Part shown: one piece after another, positions 10,422-21,743 of the stretch
Layout of the letters: every line of letters begins with the position of its first letter
Numbering within the stretch: position 1 is the stretch's first letter
From: an uncultured Arcobacteraceae bacterium
GTDB taxonomy: Bacteria; Campylobacterota; Campylobacteria; Campylobacterales; Arcobacteraceae
Assembly (NCBI GenBank): GCA_964022095.1
Contig: CAXHZO010000001.1
Coordinates: 192,001 to 256,000 of the forward strand
Reading direction: 5' to 3'
Length of the DNA stretch: 64,000 nucleotides
Notes under the pieces: model-generated
What the model saw: only the letters and a program-made list of their open reading frames with translations
Told to the model about the DNA's origin: nothing
The model's database searches: none
Made by a program: the position numbers and the translations under genes

Positions 10422-11978
10422 TTATACTTGATGTTCAGTATTATTTTTTGAAAGTCTCTCTTTTTGAGAAAGATATGAATTAACTGAACTTAAGTAAGCC
10501 TTCGCAGTTGCTAACATAGTATCAATACTTAATCCATGTCCTACAAAAGATGGAGCATTCTCATCAAATACAACTCTTGTAGTAACTTTTGCTAATGCAT
10601 CTTTACCTTCAGTTACTGAAGTTACATTATAACTTCTTAGATCACCAGTAATTCCAGTTAATCTATCTATAGTTTTGAAAATTGCATCCATTGTTCCATT
10701 ACCAATATTTGCTTCGCTCATTAACTCTTCATTTTGTTTAATTGTAACAGCTGCCATTGGTATACCATTTGAACAATCAGAGATTTGTAATCCTACTAAC
10801 TCATAAGTTTTACCTGAATTTAATGCTTCATCTGTGATTAACATTCTTACATCATCATCAGTAATATCTTTTTTCTTATCAGCTAAGATTTTAAATCTAT
10901 CAAATGCAGAGTTTAACTCTTCATCTGTTACTTTATCAAAACCTAAGTGAACAATTTTATCTTTAAACGCTGCTCTTCCACTATGTTTACCTAAGATTAA
11001 AGTTGATTCTTTAAACACACCAACATCTTCAGGTTTCATAATTTCATAAGTCTCTTGGTGTTTTAATACACCATCTTGGTGAATTCCACTTTCATGTGCA
11101 AAAGCGTTTTTACCAACAATTGATTTATTTTGTTGTGGTTCAACACCTGTAATTGTTGCAACTAATCTAGAAGTCGGATATAACTCAGGAGTGTTAATAG
11201 TAGTATATAACTCACCAAATGCATCTTTTCTAGTTTTAATAGCCATTACAGCCTCTTCTAAAGCAGAATTACCAGCTCTTTCACCTAATCCATTGATTGT
11301 AACTTCTATTTGTCTAGCACCATTCATAACAGCAGCTATAGTATTAGCCGTTGCTAATCCTAAGTCATTGTGATTGTGAACAGAAATAATTGCTCTATCA
11401 TTTGCATAATCACTTAATTCTTTAATCATAGAACCTAATTCATGAGGTAATCTATATCCAACAGTATCTGGTAAGTTAATTGTTGAAGCACCTGCTTGAA
11501 TAACTGCATCCATAATCTCTTTCATAAATGAAATTTCAGATCTACCTGCATCTTCAAATGAAAACTCTACATCATTAACAAATGTTTTTGCATATTGTAC
11601 TGCATGAACTGCTCTTTTAATTACTTCATCTGGTTCCATTTTTAACTTGTACTTCATATGGATTGGAGAAGTAGCGATAAATGTATGAATTCTATGTAAA
11701 GGAGCTTTTGAAACTGCTAATCCTGATTGCTTAATATCATTTTCTATTGCTCTACTTAAAGAACAAATTGAAGAGTTTTTAACTTGCTCTGCAATTCTAC
11801 TTACTGCATCAAAATCACCAGGACTAGCTGCAGCAAAACCTGCTTCAATAACATCTACACCTAATTTTTCTAACTGTAATGCTACTTTGATTTTTTCTTC
11901 TGTATTCATTGAACAACCCGGACTTTGTTCACCATCTCTTAATGTAGTATCAAAAACTATAATTTTATTTTTATCCAT
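10422..11978 (-). CDS. leuA: 2-isopropylmalate synthase
   Basis: [48 protein letters not shown]-terminal regulatory domain. Confidence 0.98.
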   Translation of the reverse strand: MDKNKIIVFDTTLRDGEQSPGCSMNTEEKIKVALQLEKLGVDVIEAGFAAASPGDFDAVSRIAEQVKNSSICSLSRAIENDIKQSGLAVSKAPLHRIHTFIATSPIHMKYKLKMEPDEVIKRAVHAVQYAKTFVNDVEFSFEDAGRSEISFMKEIMDAVIQAGASTINLPDTVGYRLPHELGSMIKELSDYANDRAIISVHNHNDLGLATANTIAAVMNGARQIEVTINGLGERAGNSALEEAVMAIKTRKDAFGELYTTINTPELYPTSRLVATITGVEPQQNKSIVGKNAFAHESGIHQDGVLKHQETYEIMKPEDVGVFKESTLILGKHSGRAAFKDKIVHLGFDKVTDEELNSAFDRFKILADKKKDITDDDVRMLITDEALNSGKTYELVGLQISDCSNGIPMAAVTIKQNEELMSEANIGNGTMDAIFKTIDRLTGITGDLRSYNVTSVTEGKDALAKVTTRVVFDENAPSFVGHGLSIDTMLATAKAYLSSVNSYLSQKERLSKNNTEHQV

Positions 11979-12074
11979 TATTATTACCCTTTGAAATATA
12001 TATAATTATATCCTTTTTTTTATAAAAAAAGATAAACTGATTTGTTGATTATTTTTGTTAAATTACGAATGTAA

Positions 12075-12152
12075 TTAGAGAGAAATTTTAAGCAATAGAA
12101 GAGTATTAACACTTTTGATGAAATGGTTATTATAAAAATCAAATATTTTCAT
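12075..12152 (-). CDS. Putative leu leader peptide (25 aa, MKIFDFYNNHFIKSVNTLLLLKISL)
   Basis: AAAGGGGAG SD; four consecutive Leu codons CTT CTA TTG CTT; lies between a consensus promoter and leuA. Confidence 0.75.
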   Translation of the reverse strand: MKIFDFYNNHFIKSVNTLLLLKISL

Positions 12153-12182
12153 TTACTCCCCTTTTTAGTTTTAAGTAGTATA

Positions 12183-12211
12183 AGTATAATTAATAAAATA
12201 TTATTTGTCAA
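12183..12211 (-). promoter_or_regulatory. Sigma70 promoter for the leader peptide and leuA
   Basis: TTGACA(12211-12206)-N17-TATACT(12188-12183). Confidence 0.8.
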
Positions 12212-12214
12212 GAG

Positions 12215-13492
12215 TTATTTTGAATGTTTAGATAAAACTACTTGATTTCTACCTTTTTCTTTTGCTTCATATAATGCATCATCTGCGTATTTGTAAATTT
12301 TTGTTTCATCTTCTAAGTAATTAGAACTTTGAACTAAAAGTCCAGCTGAAACAGTTACATCTGTTCCATCTTTATGTTTTATTCTAAGGTTTTCAATATT
12401 TGTAATAATATCTTTTGAGAATTCTAAAGACTCATCTATACTTAAACCAGAGAAAATAATACTAAACTCTTCTCCACCCATTCTAAATAGATAATCTGTA
12501 GCTCTTCTTAAAATTGAAGATTTTAATGTATTAGCAATTTGAATTAAAATTTCATCACCTTTTTGGTGACCAAAACTATCATTATATTTTTTAAAGTAAT
12601 CTATATCAATACAAAGTAAACTTAATACACTATCTTCTCTTTTTACTCTTCTAAGCTCTTTATCAATGATTTTATTAAAATATCTTCTGTTATACACTTT
12701 TGTTAAGTCATCTTCAATTGCTAATGATTCAAGTTTCTTTTTATTTGTTATATCATGTCTTATTGCAATAAATTTTACTATATCATCATCTTTTTTAATG
12801 GGAGATATATTTAGTTTGGTCCAATAAGTATTGCCATTTTTATCTTTATTTTTAACTTCTGCATTGAAATTTCTTCCCAATAATATTTCTGCCCATAAGT
12901 TTTCATAAAATTTATCACTAGTATCTTCATGTCTTAAGAGCTTATGAGTATTACCTATTAACTCCACTTTAGAGTATTTTGTTAATTCACAAAAAGCATC
13001 ACTAACATCTAAAATGGTACCTTCTTTATCTGTAATAGAAATTAGAACATGTTTATTTACAATATCTAATAAATTATCTCTCTCATATAATTCATTTTGT
13101 AAATGATTTTCTAAAACAACACTTTGAACATCACTTACTAATTCCACTAAATTTATTGGTTTGATTATAAATTTATCAACTTTTAATTCAATCGCTTTTA
13201 AGAAGTATTCTGAATCTGAATAAGCTGTTGTAATGATCACAGGAACATTTCTATTTGTACCTAATTCTTTAATCATATCAAGACCATTCATTATAGGCAT
13301 TTGAATATCTGTAATCACTACATCTGGATTTACTTTTTCAAAAAGCTCTAATCCCTCTTGTCCATTACTAGCCAAATGGAATTCTTTCACAAATTTATCA
13401 AAAAAGTATTTTACTTGTTCACTAATATTTACTTCATCTTCAACATATAAGATTTTTATATTCTTAAGTAATTTTCTGTTTAACTCTTCCAT
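12215..13492 (-). CDS. REC-PAS-GGDEF diguanylate cyclase
   Basis: ILYVEDE/ITDIQMP receiver, PAS/PAC, DIDYFK, RATD I-site, GGEEF. Confidence 0.93.
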   Translation of the reverse strand: MEELNRKLLKNIKILYVEDEVNISEQVKYFFDKFVKEFHLASNGQEGLELFEKVNPDVVITDIQMPIMNGLDMIKELGTNRNVPVIITTAYSDSEYFLKAIELKVDKFIIKPINLVELVSDVQSVVLENHLQNELYERDNLLDIVNKHVLISITDKEGTILDVSDAFCELTKYSKVELIGNTHKLLRHEDTSDKFYENLWAEILLGRNFNAEVKNKDKNGNTYWTKLNISPIKKDDDIVKFIAIRHDITNKKKLESLAIEDDLTKVYNRRYFNKIIDKELRRVKREDSVLSLLCIDIDYFKKYNDSFGHQKGDEILIQIANTLKSSILRRATDYLFRMGGEEFSIIFSGLSIDESLEFSKDIITNIENLRIKHKDGTDVTVSAGLLVQSSNYLEDETKIYKYADDALYEAKEKGRNQVVLSKHSK

Positions 13493-13496
13493 ATTT

Positions 13497-14375
13497 TTAT
13501 CTTTTTTCAGAACTTAAAGAAATTATCTCTTCTAAACTCTTTAAAATTGCCTCATTGTTTTTACATTCATTATGATTGTTTATTAACTCTAAAGATAGAG
13601 TTTTAATTTTACTTAATCTATCAACTTGTATTTCTGTAAAAACAAAAATACTCTTTTTTGTTTCATCAAAGTATCTATATTTTATTTTAAATTTTCGATT
13701 ATATAAATTTTTACATTTACTATTTTTAAATGTAACTACATATTCATTATCAGGATTTTCAATAATATAATCTACATAATTTTTATGAGTATCAATATTT
13801 ATTAATTCAAATAAATCTTTATATTCATTAAAATCTTTATTTAATATTTCTGTATTATGTTGAGATAAAAGAGTTGATAAGTTTTTATTAACAAATTCAA
13901 TTGTTTCAGAGTTTACAATAAACATAGAAGAACTAGTTGAGTCAATTAAAAACTGTATGTAATCTTCGCAATGACTTTTATCTATTGATTGTAGATTTAA
14001 AGACTTTTGAATAATTACTAATATTTCTGATAAATTTATCGGTTTTAACACATACTTGTCAATTCCAAGCTCTATTGCTTTTACTAAATAATCACTATCA
14101 GAGTATGCAGTAGTTAGTGCAATTGGTATTTCAGGATTTATTTCTAATACTTTTCGAGACATTTCTAAACCATTCATTTTTGGCATTTGAATATCTGAAA
14201 TTATCATATCAGGATTATGCTCTTTAAATAAAGCTAAACCTTCTTCACCATTTTTTGCAACTATTAATTTTTTTACATATCTACTTAAGAAATATGATAT
14301 TTCTTCAAGTGTCATTTCATCATCTTCTACATATAATAATGTTACGTTTTTCAATAGTTTTTTATCAATTTGCAT
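13497..14375 (-). CDS. Response regulator (REC + degenerate PAS-like region, no clear output domain)
   Basis: LLYVEDD, ISDIQMP, TAYSD, LKP receiver motifs. Confidence 0.85.
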   Translation of the reverse strand: MQIDKKLLKNVTLLYVEDDEMTLEEISYFLSRYVKKLIVAKNGEEGLALFKEHNPDMIISDIQMPKMNGLEMSRKVLEINPEIPIALTTAYSDSDYLVKAIELGIDKYVLKPINLSEILVIIQKSLNLQSIDKSHCEDYIQFLIDSTSSSMFIVNSETIEFVNKNLSTLLSQHNTEILNKDFNEYKDLFELINIDTHKNYVDYIIENPDNEYVVTFKNSKCKNLYNRKFKIKYRYFDETKKSIFVFTEIQVDRLSKIKTLSLELINNHNECKNNEAILKSLEEIISLSSEKR

Positions 14376-16180
14376 TAATTATCCTTAAACTTATCTCTAA
14401 TTTCTAAAAACTCATCTAAATTGTCAATAAAGATTTTTATTAAATTAGGATCAAAATGTTGTCCACTCTCTTCTTTAAATAAATGAAGTATTTTATCTAA
14501 AGGCCAAGCTTTTTTATAAATTCGTTCACTACTTAAAGCATCGAACACATCTGCTATTGCTGTTATTCTACCAAATATATGAATATTTTCTTCTTTTAAT
14601 CCTAAAGGATATCCTGATCCATTCCATTTTTCATGGTGTGTATAAGATACAATTGATGCAGCTTTTAGAATTGGCCTTGTTGAATCTTTAAAAATATCAT
14701 AACCAATTTGAGAATGCGTTTTCATTATTTCCCACTCTGCAGAATCTAATTTCCCAGGCTTATTTAAAATTGAATCAGGAATACCAATTTTCCCTATATC
14801 ATGCATAGGAGAAGACATAAATAAAAGATTTATTTCTTCGCTACTTAAATTAATTTTTTGTGCTAATAACTTAGAGTATTCGGCAACCCTTCTAACATGA
14901 TAACCTGTTTCTTCACTTCTTGTTTCACCAATTTGCCCAAGTTTATAGATAATCTCTCTTTGAGTTTGCTCTAATTCTTTATGTAAGTTTTCTATTTGAG
15001 TAATATCATGCCTAATACCCATAAATTCAACTACATTTCCATCAAGATCTTTTAATGGATACATCGTGACACTACAGTGAAATACATCTTTAGATTTTGT
15101 ATAATTTGAAATTTTTCCTTTCCAAATTTTTCCTGAGAATATCTCTTCATTTCTTTTTTTATTTTCTTCTTTTGTTAAGCCAACATGACTTAAAAATGAG
15201 TATGGTTTACCAATTAAATCATTTTTAGTATAGCCACTAATTTTATAAAAAGCCTCATTTGCATATACAATATTTTTATTTAAATCCATTCTTAGAATTA
15301 TATTACTTTCGTTAATAGCTTCTTTATATGAATTAGCAATTCTAATAGATTCAGATACATTAAATGCACTTCTTTGAGTCTGTTCTTTAAAGTACTCTTT
15401 TGAATTTTCTAAATCTGTAATATCATTAGATAAAGATATAAATTCTATAATATTTCCATCTAAATCTAAAATAGGCTTAATAATAATATCAACATAATAA
15501 ATAGATCCATCTTTAGATAAGTTTTTTAATCTTCCTTGCCACAATCTTTTTTCTACTTTTATTCTTTTCCATAGCTCTTTTACAGTTTCTATATCTGTGT
15601 CAGGATGGGCTATTATACTATGGGGCTTACCTATAAGTTCTTCTTTTCTATATCCCGATATTTTTTCAAAAGGTACATTTACATATGTAATAATTCCACT
15701 TAAATCAGATTTTGAAATAATAGATCTTTCATCAACAATATCTTTGTACTGTTTTAAACTATTTAAGATCTCTTTATTATCTTTTTCTAATTTAATATTT
15801 TTTGAAATTTTTGATAAGGTATCAACTAAAGATATTAAATTTAAAGGTTTTGTCAAATAATGAGTGACATTTAGCTTTATTGCTTTGAATAAATAGTCAG
15901 TATCATTAAAAGCTGTAATTACAATAATAGGTATGTCATTATTCTCTTCTCTGATTTTTTCTATCATTTCAATACCATTTAATACTGGCATTTGAATATC
16001 TGTAATAATTAAATCAGGTTGATTATTACAAAACTCTTCATATCCAGTTTTCCCATTTTCAGCCACATATAGTTTTTGAACTTTACTAGCTAAAAAATAT
16101 TCTAATTCTTCCCGTGTATTGGGGTCATCTTCAACGTATAAAACTGTTAAGTCTTTTAAAGTACTTAATAGATTTTTCAT
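14375..16180 (-). CDS. REC-PAS-PAS-HD-GYP c-di-GMP phosphodiesterase
   Basis: Receiver, two PAS/PAC domains, HVRRV, MHDIGKIGIPD, HHEKWNGSGYP, ADVFDAL. Confidence 0.94.
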   Translation of the reverse strand: MKNLLSTLKDLTVLYVEDDPNTREELEYFLASKVQKLYVAENGKTGYEEFCNNQPDLIITDIQMPVLNGIEMIEKIREENNDIPIIVITAFNDTDYLFKAIKLNVTHYLTKPLNLISLVDTLSKISKNIKLEKDNKEILNSLKQYKDIVDERSIISKSDLSGIITYVNVPFEKISGYRKEELIGKPHSIIAHPDTDIETVKELWKRIKVEKRLWQGRLKNLSKDGSIYYVDIIIKPILDLDGNIIEFISLSNDITDLENSKEYFKEQTQRSAFNVSESIRIANSYKEAINESNIILRMDLNKNIVYANEAFYKISGYTKNDLIGKPYSFLSHVGLTKEENKKRNEEIFSGKIWKGKISNYTKSKDVFHCSVTMYPLKDLDGNVVEFMGIRHDITQIENLHKELEQTQREIIYKLGQIGETRSEETGYHVRRVAEYSKLLAQKINLSSEEINLLFMSSPMHDIGKIGIPDSILNKPGKLDSAEWEIMKTHSQIGYDIFKDSTRPILKAASIVSYTHHEKWNGSGYPLGLKEENIHIFGRITAIADVFDALSSERIYKKAWPLDKILHLFKEESGQHFDPNLIKIFIDNLDEFLEIRDKFKDN

Positions 16181-17794
16181 TTAAGCCTCTTGTGTAATTG
16201 GAATTTTTATAATAAACATAGCACCATTATCAACATTCTCAGTGCTTAATGTACCTTGCATATTCTCTTCAATAATAGTTTTTGACATATATAACCCTAT
16301 TCCTGTACCTTTACCCTCTTCTTTAGTAGTAAAATATGGATCATAAATTTTATCAATAATTAAACTAGGTATTCCTCCTGCATTATCTAAAACTGTTATA
16401 TATGCAAACTTATCTTCTTTTTTTAAACTTATACTAATCTCTTTATTTTCAACTTTACTTTCAATCAATGCATCTTTAGCATTATTTATAATATTTAATA
16501 AAACTTGTGAAAACTCATTTGGAAAACCAAATACTTCGATAGGATCATTAATATCCTTATTTAGTTTTATATTATTATTAACTAAAGCTGAATCTACCAT
16601 AGAAATAGATTTTAAAATATTTTTATTTAAAGAGAATGTTTTCTTCTCTTTATTTGGCTTAAAAAAGTTTCTAAAATCATCAATTGTTTTTGACATATTA
16701 CTAGTTAATAGATTGGCCTTTGTTATAGATTTATCCATAAATTCATCATCTAAATCTCCAACTTTATATGTAAAATCAATATTTTGTAATACTAAACTTA
16801 AAGCATTTAGTGGCTGTCTCCACTGATGAGCAATATTTCCAATCATCTCTCCCATAGCTGCTAATTTTGATTGTTGAATTAATAATTGCTCTTGTTTTTG
16901 TCTTTTTGAAATTTCATCTATAACTCTATTTTCAAGATTTTCATTTAGCTCTTTAAGTTCTATGGATTTTTCTTCTAAAGATTTATTAACTTTTTTTAGT
17001 TCGCTTGTTCTAAGCTCAACTCTTTTTTCAAGTTCCATTTGAGACTTTTTCAACTCTTTTTGTGAGTATTCTAATGAATCAAGCATTTTATTAAAAGTTA
17101 TAGATAACTCTCCAATCTCATCATTTGTTTTAATATTAGCTCTTTGTGTTAAATCACCTTTAGAAATTTTGTAAGATACTTTACTTAATTTTATAACGGG
17201 ATTAGTAATCATTGTTGCAATTAAATAAGATAAAAAGATTGAAGTAAGTAGCAATACTAAAGCTAAAAAAACTATGTTATTATACATTTCATTAATCTTT
17301 TTTTCATACTCTTGAAGAGATAGTTCTAAGTGATACCAACCCCAAAGTAAACCGGAAATCTTAACTGGATACGTATATTTTAATACTCTTTTATTTGAAT
17401 AAAGTGATTGAACAATTTCAAAATTACTAGCTCTATATTCATTTTTTTTATAAAAATTTTTACTGTTGTCTAATAACTCCCATTTCTCTTTTTTAATAGA
17501 TAAGATATTCCCATCTTTTCTAGAAATTAAAAAAGTCTCTATTTGTTCATTTTGATTTACAAACTTTAGAACAAACTCTAATAAACCTATTTCATTATCA
17601 ATAATCATATCATCTTTTTTTACAAATGATATAGAATCACCAATACTTTTTGCTTCAGAAGATAGTGACTCTAAAATGGATTTTTTCTGGAAATTAATAA
17701 CTTGCAAAGTGAATGCAGATAAAATCAATAAAATCGCAAGAAAAATCAATATGAACAATTTTCCAAATAGTTTATTTCTAAATAAGTTTAACAT
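16181..17794 (-). CDS. Membrane sensor histidine kinase (periplasmic domain, HAMP, HisKA, HATPase)
   Basis: Two TMs, DEIGEL HAMP, IAHQWRQPL H-box, NAKDA, DNAGGI, GTGIGL. Confidence 0.95.
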   Translation of the reverse strand: MLNLFRNKLFGKLFILIFLAILLILSAFTLQVINFQKKSILESLSSEAKSIGDSISFVKKDDMIIDNEIGLLEFVLKFVNQNEQIETFLISRKDGNILSIKKEKWELLDNSKNFYKKNEYRASNFEIVQSLYSNKRVLKYTYPVKISGLLWGWYHLELSLQEYEKKINEMYNNIVFLALVLLLTSIFLSYLIATMITNPVIKLSKVSYKISKGDLTQRANIKTNDEIGELSITFNKMLDSLEYSQKELKKSQMELEKRVELRTSELKKVNKSLEEKSIELKELNENLENRVIDEISKRQKQEQLLIQQSKLAAMGEMIGNIAHQWRQPLNALSLVLQNIDFTYKVGDLDDEFMDKSITKANLLTSNMSKTIDDFRNFFKPNKEKKTFSLNKNILKSISMVDSALVNNNIKLNKDINDPIEVFGFPNEFSQVLLNIINNAKDALIESKVENKEISISLKKEDKFAYITVLDNAGGIPSLIIDKIYDPYFTTKEEGKGTGIGLYMSKTIIEENMQGTLSTENVDNGAMFIIKIPITQEA

Positions 17795-18684
17795 TATTTA
17801 TATTTCTCTTTTAATTCATAATATCTTTTATAAAAATTATTCATATCTGACAAATTTTCTTTTTTCACTTCATATACATCATAAAATTTAAATAAAGAAT
17901 ATAATTCTTTAATATCCTTATCATTTTTTAAATTTTTAAATGCATCAAAGAAAATATCTACAGTAGTATTATCTGTAGATTTTGAAAAGAAACTAATAAA
18001 AGGAATGAAGTCAACACTTGAACATTCAAACAATTTTACACGTTGTTTTATTGAAGGGTTTAATTCTAACATTGTAGCCCAAGTATCTTTTCTAACCAAT
18101 GCTAAATCTTGTTTTTTAAAAAAAACATTTAATAAACTTGTTGATTCTTTTTCTTCATACTTTATGGATTTTACAAGTTTATTAAACTCTTTTTTAGTAT
18201 TTTGCAAACTTTTATGATCAAGCCAAATACTTCCAATAGACTGATACTCTTTCATAATAATTGTTTTATCTTTCAAATCTTTATATGAATCAAACTTAAT
18301 ATCACTTCTAGCAACTAAACAAAATTTATACTCTCTTTTCTCATTAAAAGCAACACTCCAATATCTTGAACTTATAGAATCAATTTTATCTTTACGCTTA
18401 TAATAGTCGCCAAATTCCATAGATGCCATATTCAAACTATTACTCATATAACTTTTATAAACTTTTTCCCTATCATCATAAAAAATAACATTTAAATTTA
18501 CATCTTTTTTCTCACCAACCCTATTAAGCCATTTACTTAAACTTTTTCTTGCATCTTTAAAGTCAGCTAACATATCATAACCTTGTAAAAAACCATAATT
18601 AACGACATTGTTTAATTCTTTATCATTTGAAAATGAGTTTAAAGTAAAAATAAATAAAAATATTATAGAGATGATTTTTTTCAT
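17794..18684 (-). CDS. Periplasmic substrate-binding protein, PhnD/SsuA-like
   Basis: Signal peptide; LVARSD...DLKDK, LLNVFFKKQDLALV, ELNP pattern; TAATG overlap with the kinase gene. Confidence 0.7.
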   Translation of the reverse strand: MKKIISIIFLFIFTLNSFSNDKELNNVVNYGFLQGYDMLADFKDARKSLSKWLNRVGEKKDVNLNVIFYDDREKVYKSYMSNSLNMASMEFGDYYKRKDKIDSISSRYWSVAFNEKREYKFCLVARSDIKFDSYKDLKDKTIIMKEYQSIGSIWLDHKSLQNTKKEFNKLVKSIKYEEKESTSLLNVFFKKQDLALVRKDTWATMLELNPSIKQRVKLFECSSVDFIPFISFFSKSTDNTTVDIFFDAFKNLKNDKDIKELYSLFKFYDVYEVKKENLSDMNNFYKRYYELKEKYK

Positions 18685-18777
18685 AATAAACCTATTGTTT
18701 TTTAAATATTATAACTAAAATTTTATAAAAATAACTGATTTAAGAATGAGTTAATAATAAGACAGTATCTAGAAAGA

Positions 18778-18808
18778 TAAATAAAGAGATAAATAATCTC
18801 TTTATTTA
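18778..18808. terminator. Hairpin terminator after ftsH
   Basis: TAAATAAAGAGAT-aaata-ATCTCTTTATTTA perfect inverted repeat abutting the ftsH stop. Confidence 0.65.
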
Positions 18809-20827
18809 TTAAAGTTTTTTATCAGAGTTATCTTCAGTATTTGAATCTTCATTTTCTTCACTAACTTCTGATTTTTCATCATTTAAAGCTTCTGTATGTA
18901 AGTCTTCATCTTCAAACACAGTTCCACCATTTTCTTTAATGATTTCTCTTACTCTTTCCCCTGATATAACTTCAATTTCTAATAACTCTTTTGTCATTTG
19001 TTCAATTGCATCTTTACTATTTTCAAGAGTATTAATTACAACTTCATATCTTTCATTTAATATTTTTTTAATATAGTCATCAAGATTTTTAGCCATATCA
19101 TCAGAGAAGTCTTTTTGAGTTTGTCCACCTAAGAATTGGTTACTTCTTTTTTCTAAAACCATTAATCCAGCAATATCACTCATTCCGTAAACAGATGCCA
19201 TAGACTTAATAATATCAGTTGCACGCTCTAAATCATTTCCTGCCCCTGTACTAATTTCACCAATAAATACTTGCTCAGCAGCACGTCCTCCAAGTAAAAC
19301 ATCAACTTCAGCTATTAGCTCATGCTTTTGCATTAAGTATTTGTTTTCTTCTGGAGTATTTAATGTATACCCAAGTGCGGCTAAACCTCTTGGAACAATA
19401 GATACTTTATTTACTTTTTTAGCACCTTTTGTAACTTCTGCTATTAATGCATGACCTGATTCGTGATATGCAACAATTTCTCTTTCTTTTGGAGAAATTC
19501 TTCTTGATTTTTTCTCTAAACCAGCAATTTGTCTCTCTACTGCTTCTTTGAAATCTTCAGGATCAACTTGTTCTTTTGAAGCACGTCCTGCTAAAAGTGC
19601 TGCTTCATTAATGATATTTGCTAAATCTGCACCTGCAAGTCCTGCAGTCATTTTTGCAATCTCTTTTAAATCAACATTTTTCCCAAGTTTCACTTCTTTA
19701 ATATGTACTTTTAAAATTTCAACTCTACCTTCATAATCAGGTTTATCAACTAAAACTTGTCTATCAAATCTTCCTGGTCTTAATAATGCAGGATCAAGTA
19801 CTTCTGGTCTATTAGTTGCAGCTAATACAATAACTGGTGCCGCTTCTGTTGAGAAACCATCCATTTCAGCAAGTAATTGATTTAGAGTTTGTTCTCTTTC
19901 ATCATTTCCACCCATAGGACCACCACTTGCTCTACTTTTACCAATTGCATCAATTTCATCAATAAAAATAATAGCAGGTGCTACTTTTTTAGCTTGTTCA
20001 AATAAGTCTCTAACTCTTGAAGCACCAACTCCAACAAACATTTCAATAAATGCTGAACCTGAAACAGATAAGAACTCTACATTTGCTTCACCAGCAACTG
20101 CTTTTGCAAGTAATGTTTTACCAGTTCCAGGAGGTCCTACTAAAAGAACACCTTTAGGAATTTGAGCTCCAAGTTTTACATATCTTTCTGGATCTGATAA
20201 GAAATCAACTACTTCTTGAACTTCTTCTTTAGCTTCTTTATTACCAGCCATATCTTCAAATTTTACATTAGGTTTTTCAGAATTAATCATCTTTTTAGAT
20301 GACCCGATTCCAAGAAGGCCACCGCCTCCTCCTCCACCCATAGATTTTTGCATTCTTTTTGCAATAAACATCCAAATAGCAAAGAAAATAAAGATTGGTA
20401 AGACCCATCCAAATAAAATATCTGCTAATACATTTTCTTCATTAATACCACCATATGCAATTGCATTTTTTTCTAATGTTGGTATTAATGTCTCATCTGG
20501 TACTACTCTTCTTGCTGTATAAGTAGTCACTTGTCCTGCTGTATTTTTAGAAACTGCTTTTATTTGTGTGTTTCCAATTCCTACATACTCAATTTTTCCA
20601 GAGCTAATAAGCTTTTTTAAATCAGAATATGCAATTGTTTTATTTGCAGTTTGCCCAAATGCACTAACATTTTGATTACCAGTATTTCCCATTTGATTTT
20701 CTGGGAATATTGTTTTGAATACAAATATTGTAACTATTGAAAAAATTACAAAAATTAATAATGGGTTATTATTAAAAAAGTTGTTATTGTCACCATTATT
20801 ATTGTTATTGTCTTGTTTTTTAGCCAT
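18809..20827 (-). CDS. ftsH: ATP-dependent zinc metalloprotease FtsH
   Basis: Two TMs, [38 protein letters not shown]. Confidence 0.98.
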   Translation of the reverse strand: MAKKQDNNNNNGDNNNFFNNNPLLIFVIFSIVTIFVFKTIFPENQMGNTGNQNVSAFGQTANKTIAYSDLKKLISSGKIEYVGIGNTQIKAVSKNTAGQVTTYTARRVVPDETLIPTLEKNAIAYGGINEENVLADILFGWVLPIFIFFAIWMFIAKRMQKSMGGGGGGGLLGIGSSKKMINSEKPNVKFEDMAGNKEAKEEVQEVVDFLSDPERYVKLGAQIPKGVLLVGPPGTGKTLLAKAVAGEANVEFLSVSGSAFIEMFVGVGASRVRDLFEQAKKVAPAIIFIDEIDAIGKSRASGGPMGGNDEREQTLNQLLAEMDGFSTEAAPVIVLAATNRPEVLDPALLRPGRFDRQVLVDKPDYEGRVEILKVHIKEVKLGKNVDLKEIAKMTAGLAGADLANIINEAALLAGRASKEQVDPEDFKEAVERQIAGLEKKSRRISPKEREIVAYHESGHALIAEVTKGAKKVNKVSIVPRGLAALGYTLNTPEENKYLMQKHELIAEVDVLLGGRAAEQVFIGEISTGAGNDLERATDIIKSMASVYGMSDIAGLMVLEKRSNQFLGGQTQKDFSDDMAKNLDDYIKKILNERYEVVINTLENSKDAIEQMTKELLEIEVISGERVREIIKENGGTVFEDEDLHTEALNDEKSEVSEENEDSNTEDNSDKKL

Positions 20828-20840
20828 TAACTAAAACTCC

Positions 20841-21650
20841 TTATTTATTTTTAAAAACTACAGTCATCCATTCATTTTTATGAATAATTTCTAACTGCTC
20901 TAAATCTTCAAATTTTTTTAAAACTTTATCAATGTGTTTATCTAATATTCCTGAGATTATTAATATACTATTTTCATTTAATCGTTTTTTTAAATCTTTT
21001 GAAATCATAACTAACACATCAGCAACGATATTTGCAATTACAACATCATATTTTTTCTGTGTTTTACTAACAGATCCAATCCAAGAGTCATTAAACTCTA
21101 TAGAGTTTAATTGTGCATTTGATAAAGAGTCTTTAATACAAACTTCATCGGTATCACAAACATCAACAATTGCATTCTTTTTAGCTGCAGCAATAGATAA
21201 TATACCACTACCACATCCTACATCAACAACTGTATCTCCAGATTGTAAATACCTATCAATTGCATCAATACACGATGAAGTCGTTTCATGATGACCTGAA
21301 CCAAAAGATAAAGCTGGATTGATAATAATATCTAATTTTCCTTGTTTTTTCTCTTCCCATGATGGTCTAATAAAAAAGTTTCCAATTTCGATAGATTTAA
21401 CAGAATCTTGATACTGTTTTATCCAATCAATATTCTCTTTTTTTTCTATAGTAATACTACAGTTTATATTTGTTGCTTCACAAAACTTTTCAATACCTAA
21501 TTTAACATCAGATAAGTCTTCTTCGCTTCTTGCTATTATTGAACCATCAGATTCTTCAATAGCTTCGTTTGTTAGTGCTGTTAATAGATCTAAAAAAACT
21601 TCATAGTTTGAAGTTGGTTTTATTATTAACTCAAAATAATATTCAGACAA
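20841..21650 (-). CDS. prmA: Ribosomal protein L11 methyltransferase
   Basis: INPALSFGSGHHETT, DVGCGSGILS, VIANI, ISGIL; TTG start. Confidence 0.95.
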   Translation of the reverse strand: MSEYYFELIIKPTSNYEVFLDLLTALTNEAIEESDGSIIARSEEDLSDVKLGIEKFCEATNINCSITIEKKENIDWIKQYQDSVKSIEIGNFFIRPSWEEKKQGKLDIIINPALSFGSGHHETTSSCIDAIDRYLQSGDTVVDVGCGSGILSIAAAKKNAIVDVCDTDEVCIKDSLSNAQLNSIEFNDSWIGSVSKTQKKYDVVIANIVADVLVMISKDLKKRLNENSILIISGILDKHIDKVLKKFEDLEQLEIIHKNEWMTVVFKNK

Positions 21651-21743
21651 AAATTTCCTTTATATTTAACAAATAATAATTAATAAAAATTATATAAAGT
21701 TTAATATTTTATCTAAATATCTTTTGAGAATAATTAAATGTAG

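Noticed and set aside
18685-18777. Pho box upstream of the PhnD-like binding-protein gene
   Set aside because: A -10 TATAAT is present, but not the GT(T/C)A(T/C)-N6-GTAAT-N10 arrangement seen at the three island promoters.
20765-20812. Asn-rich run at the FtsH N-terminus (and poly-Gly near 20320-20340) as a contingency repeat
   Set aside because: Mixed codons, in frame, low-complexity linker; not a slippage-prone homopolymer.
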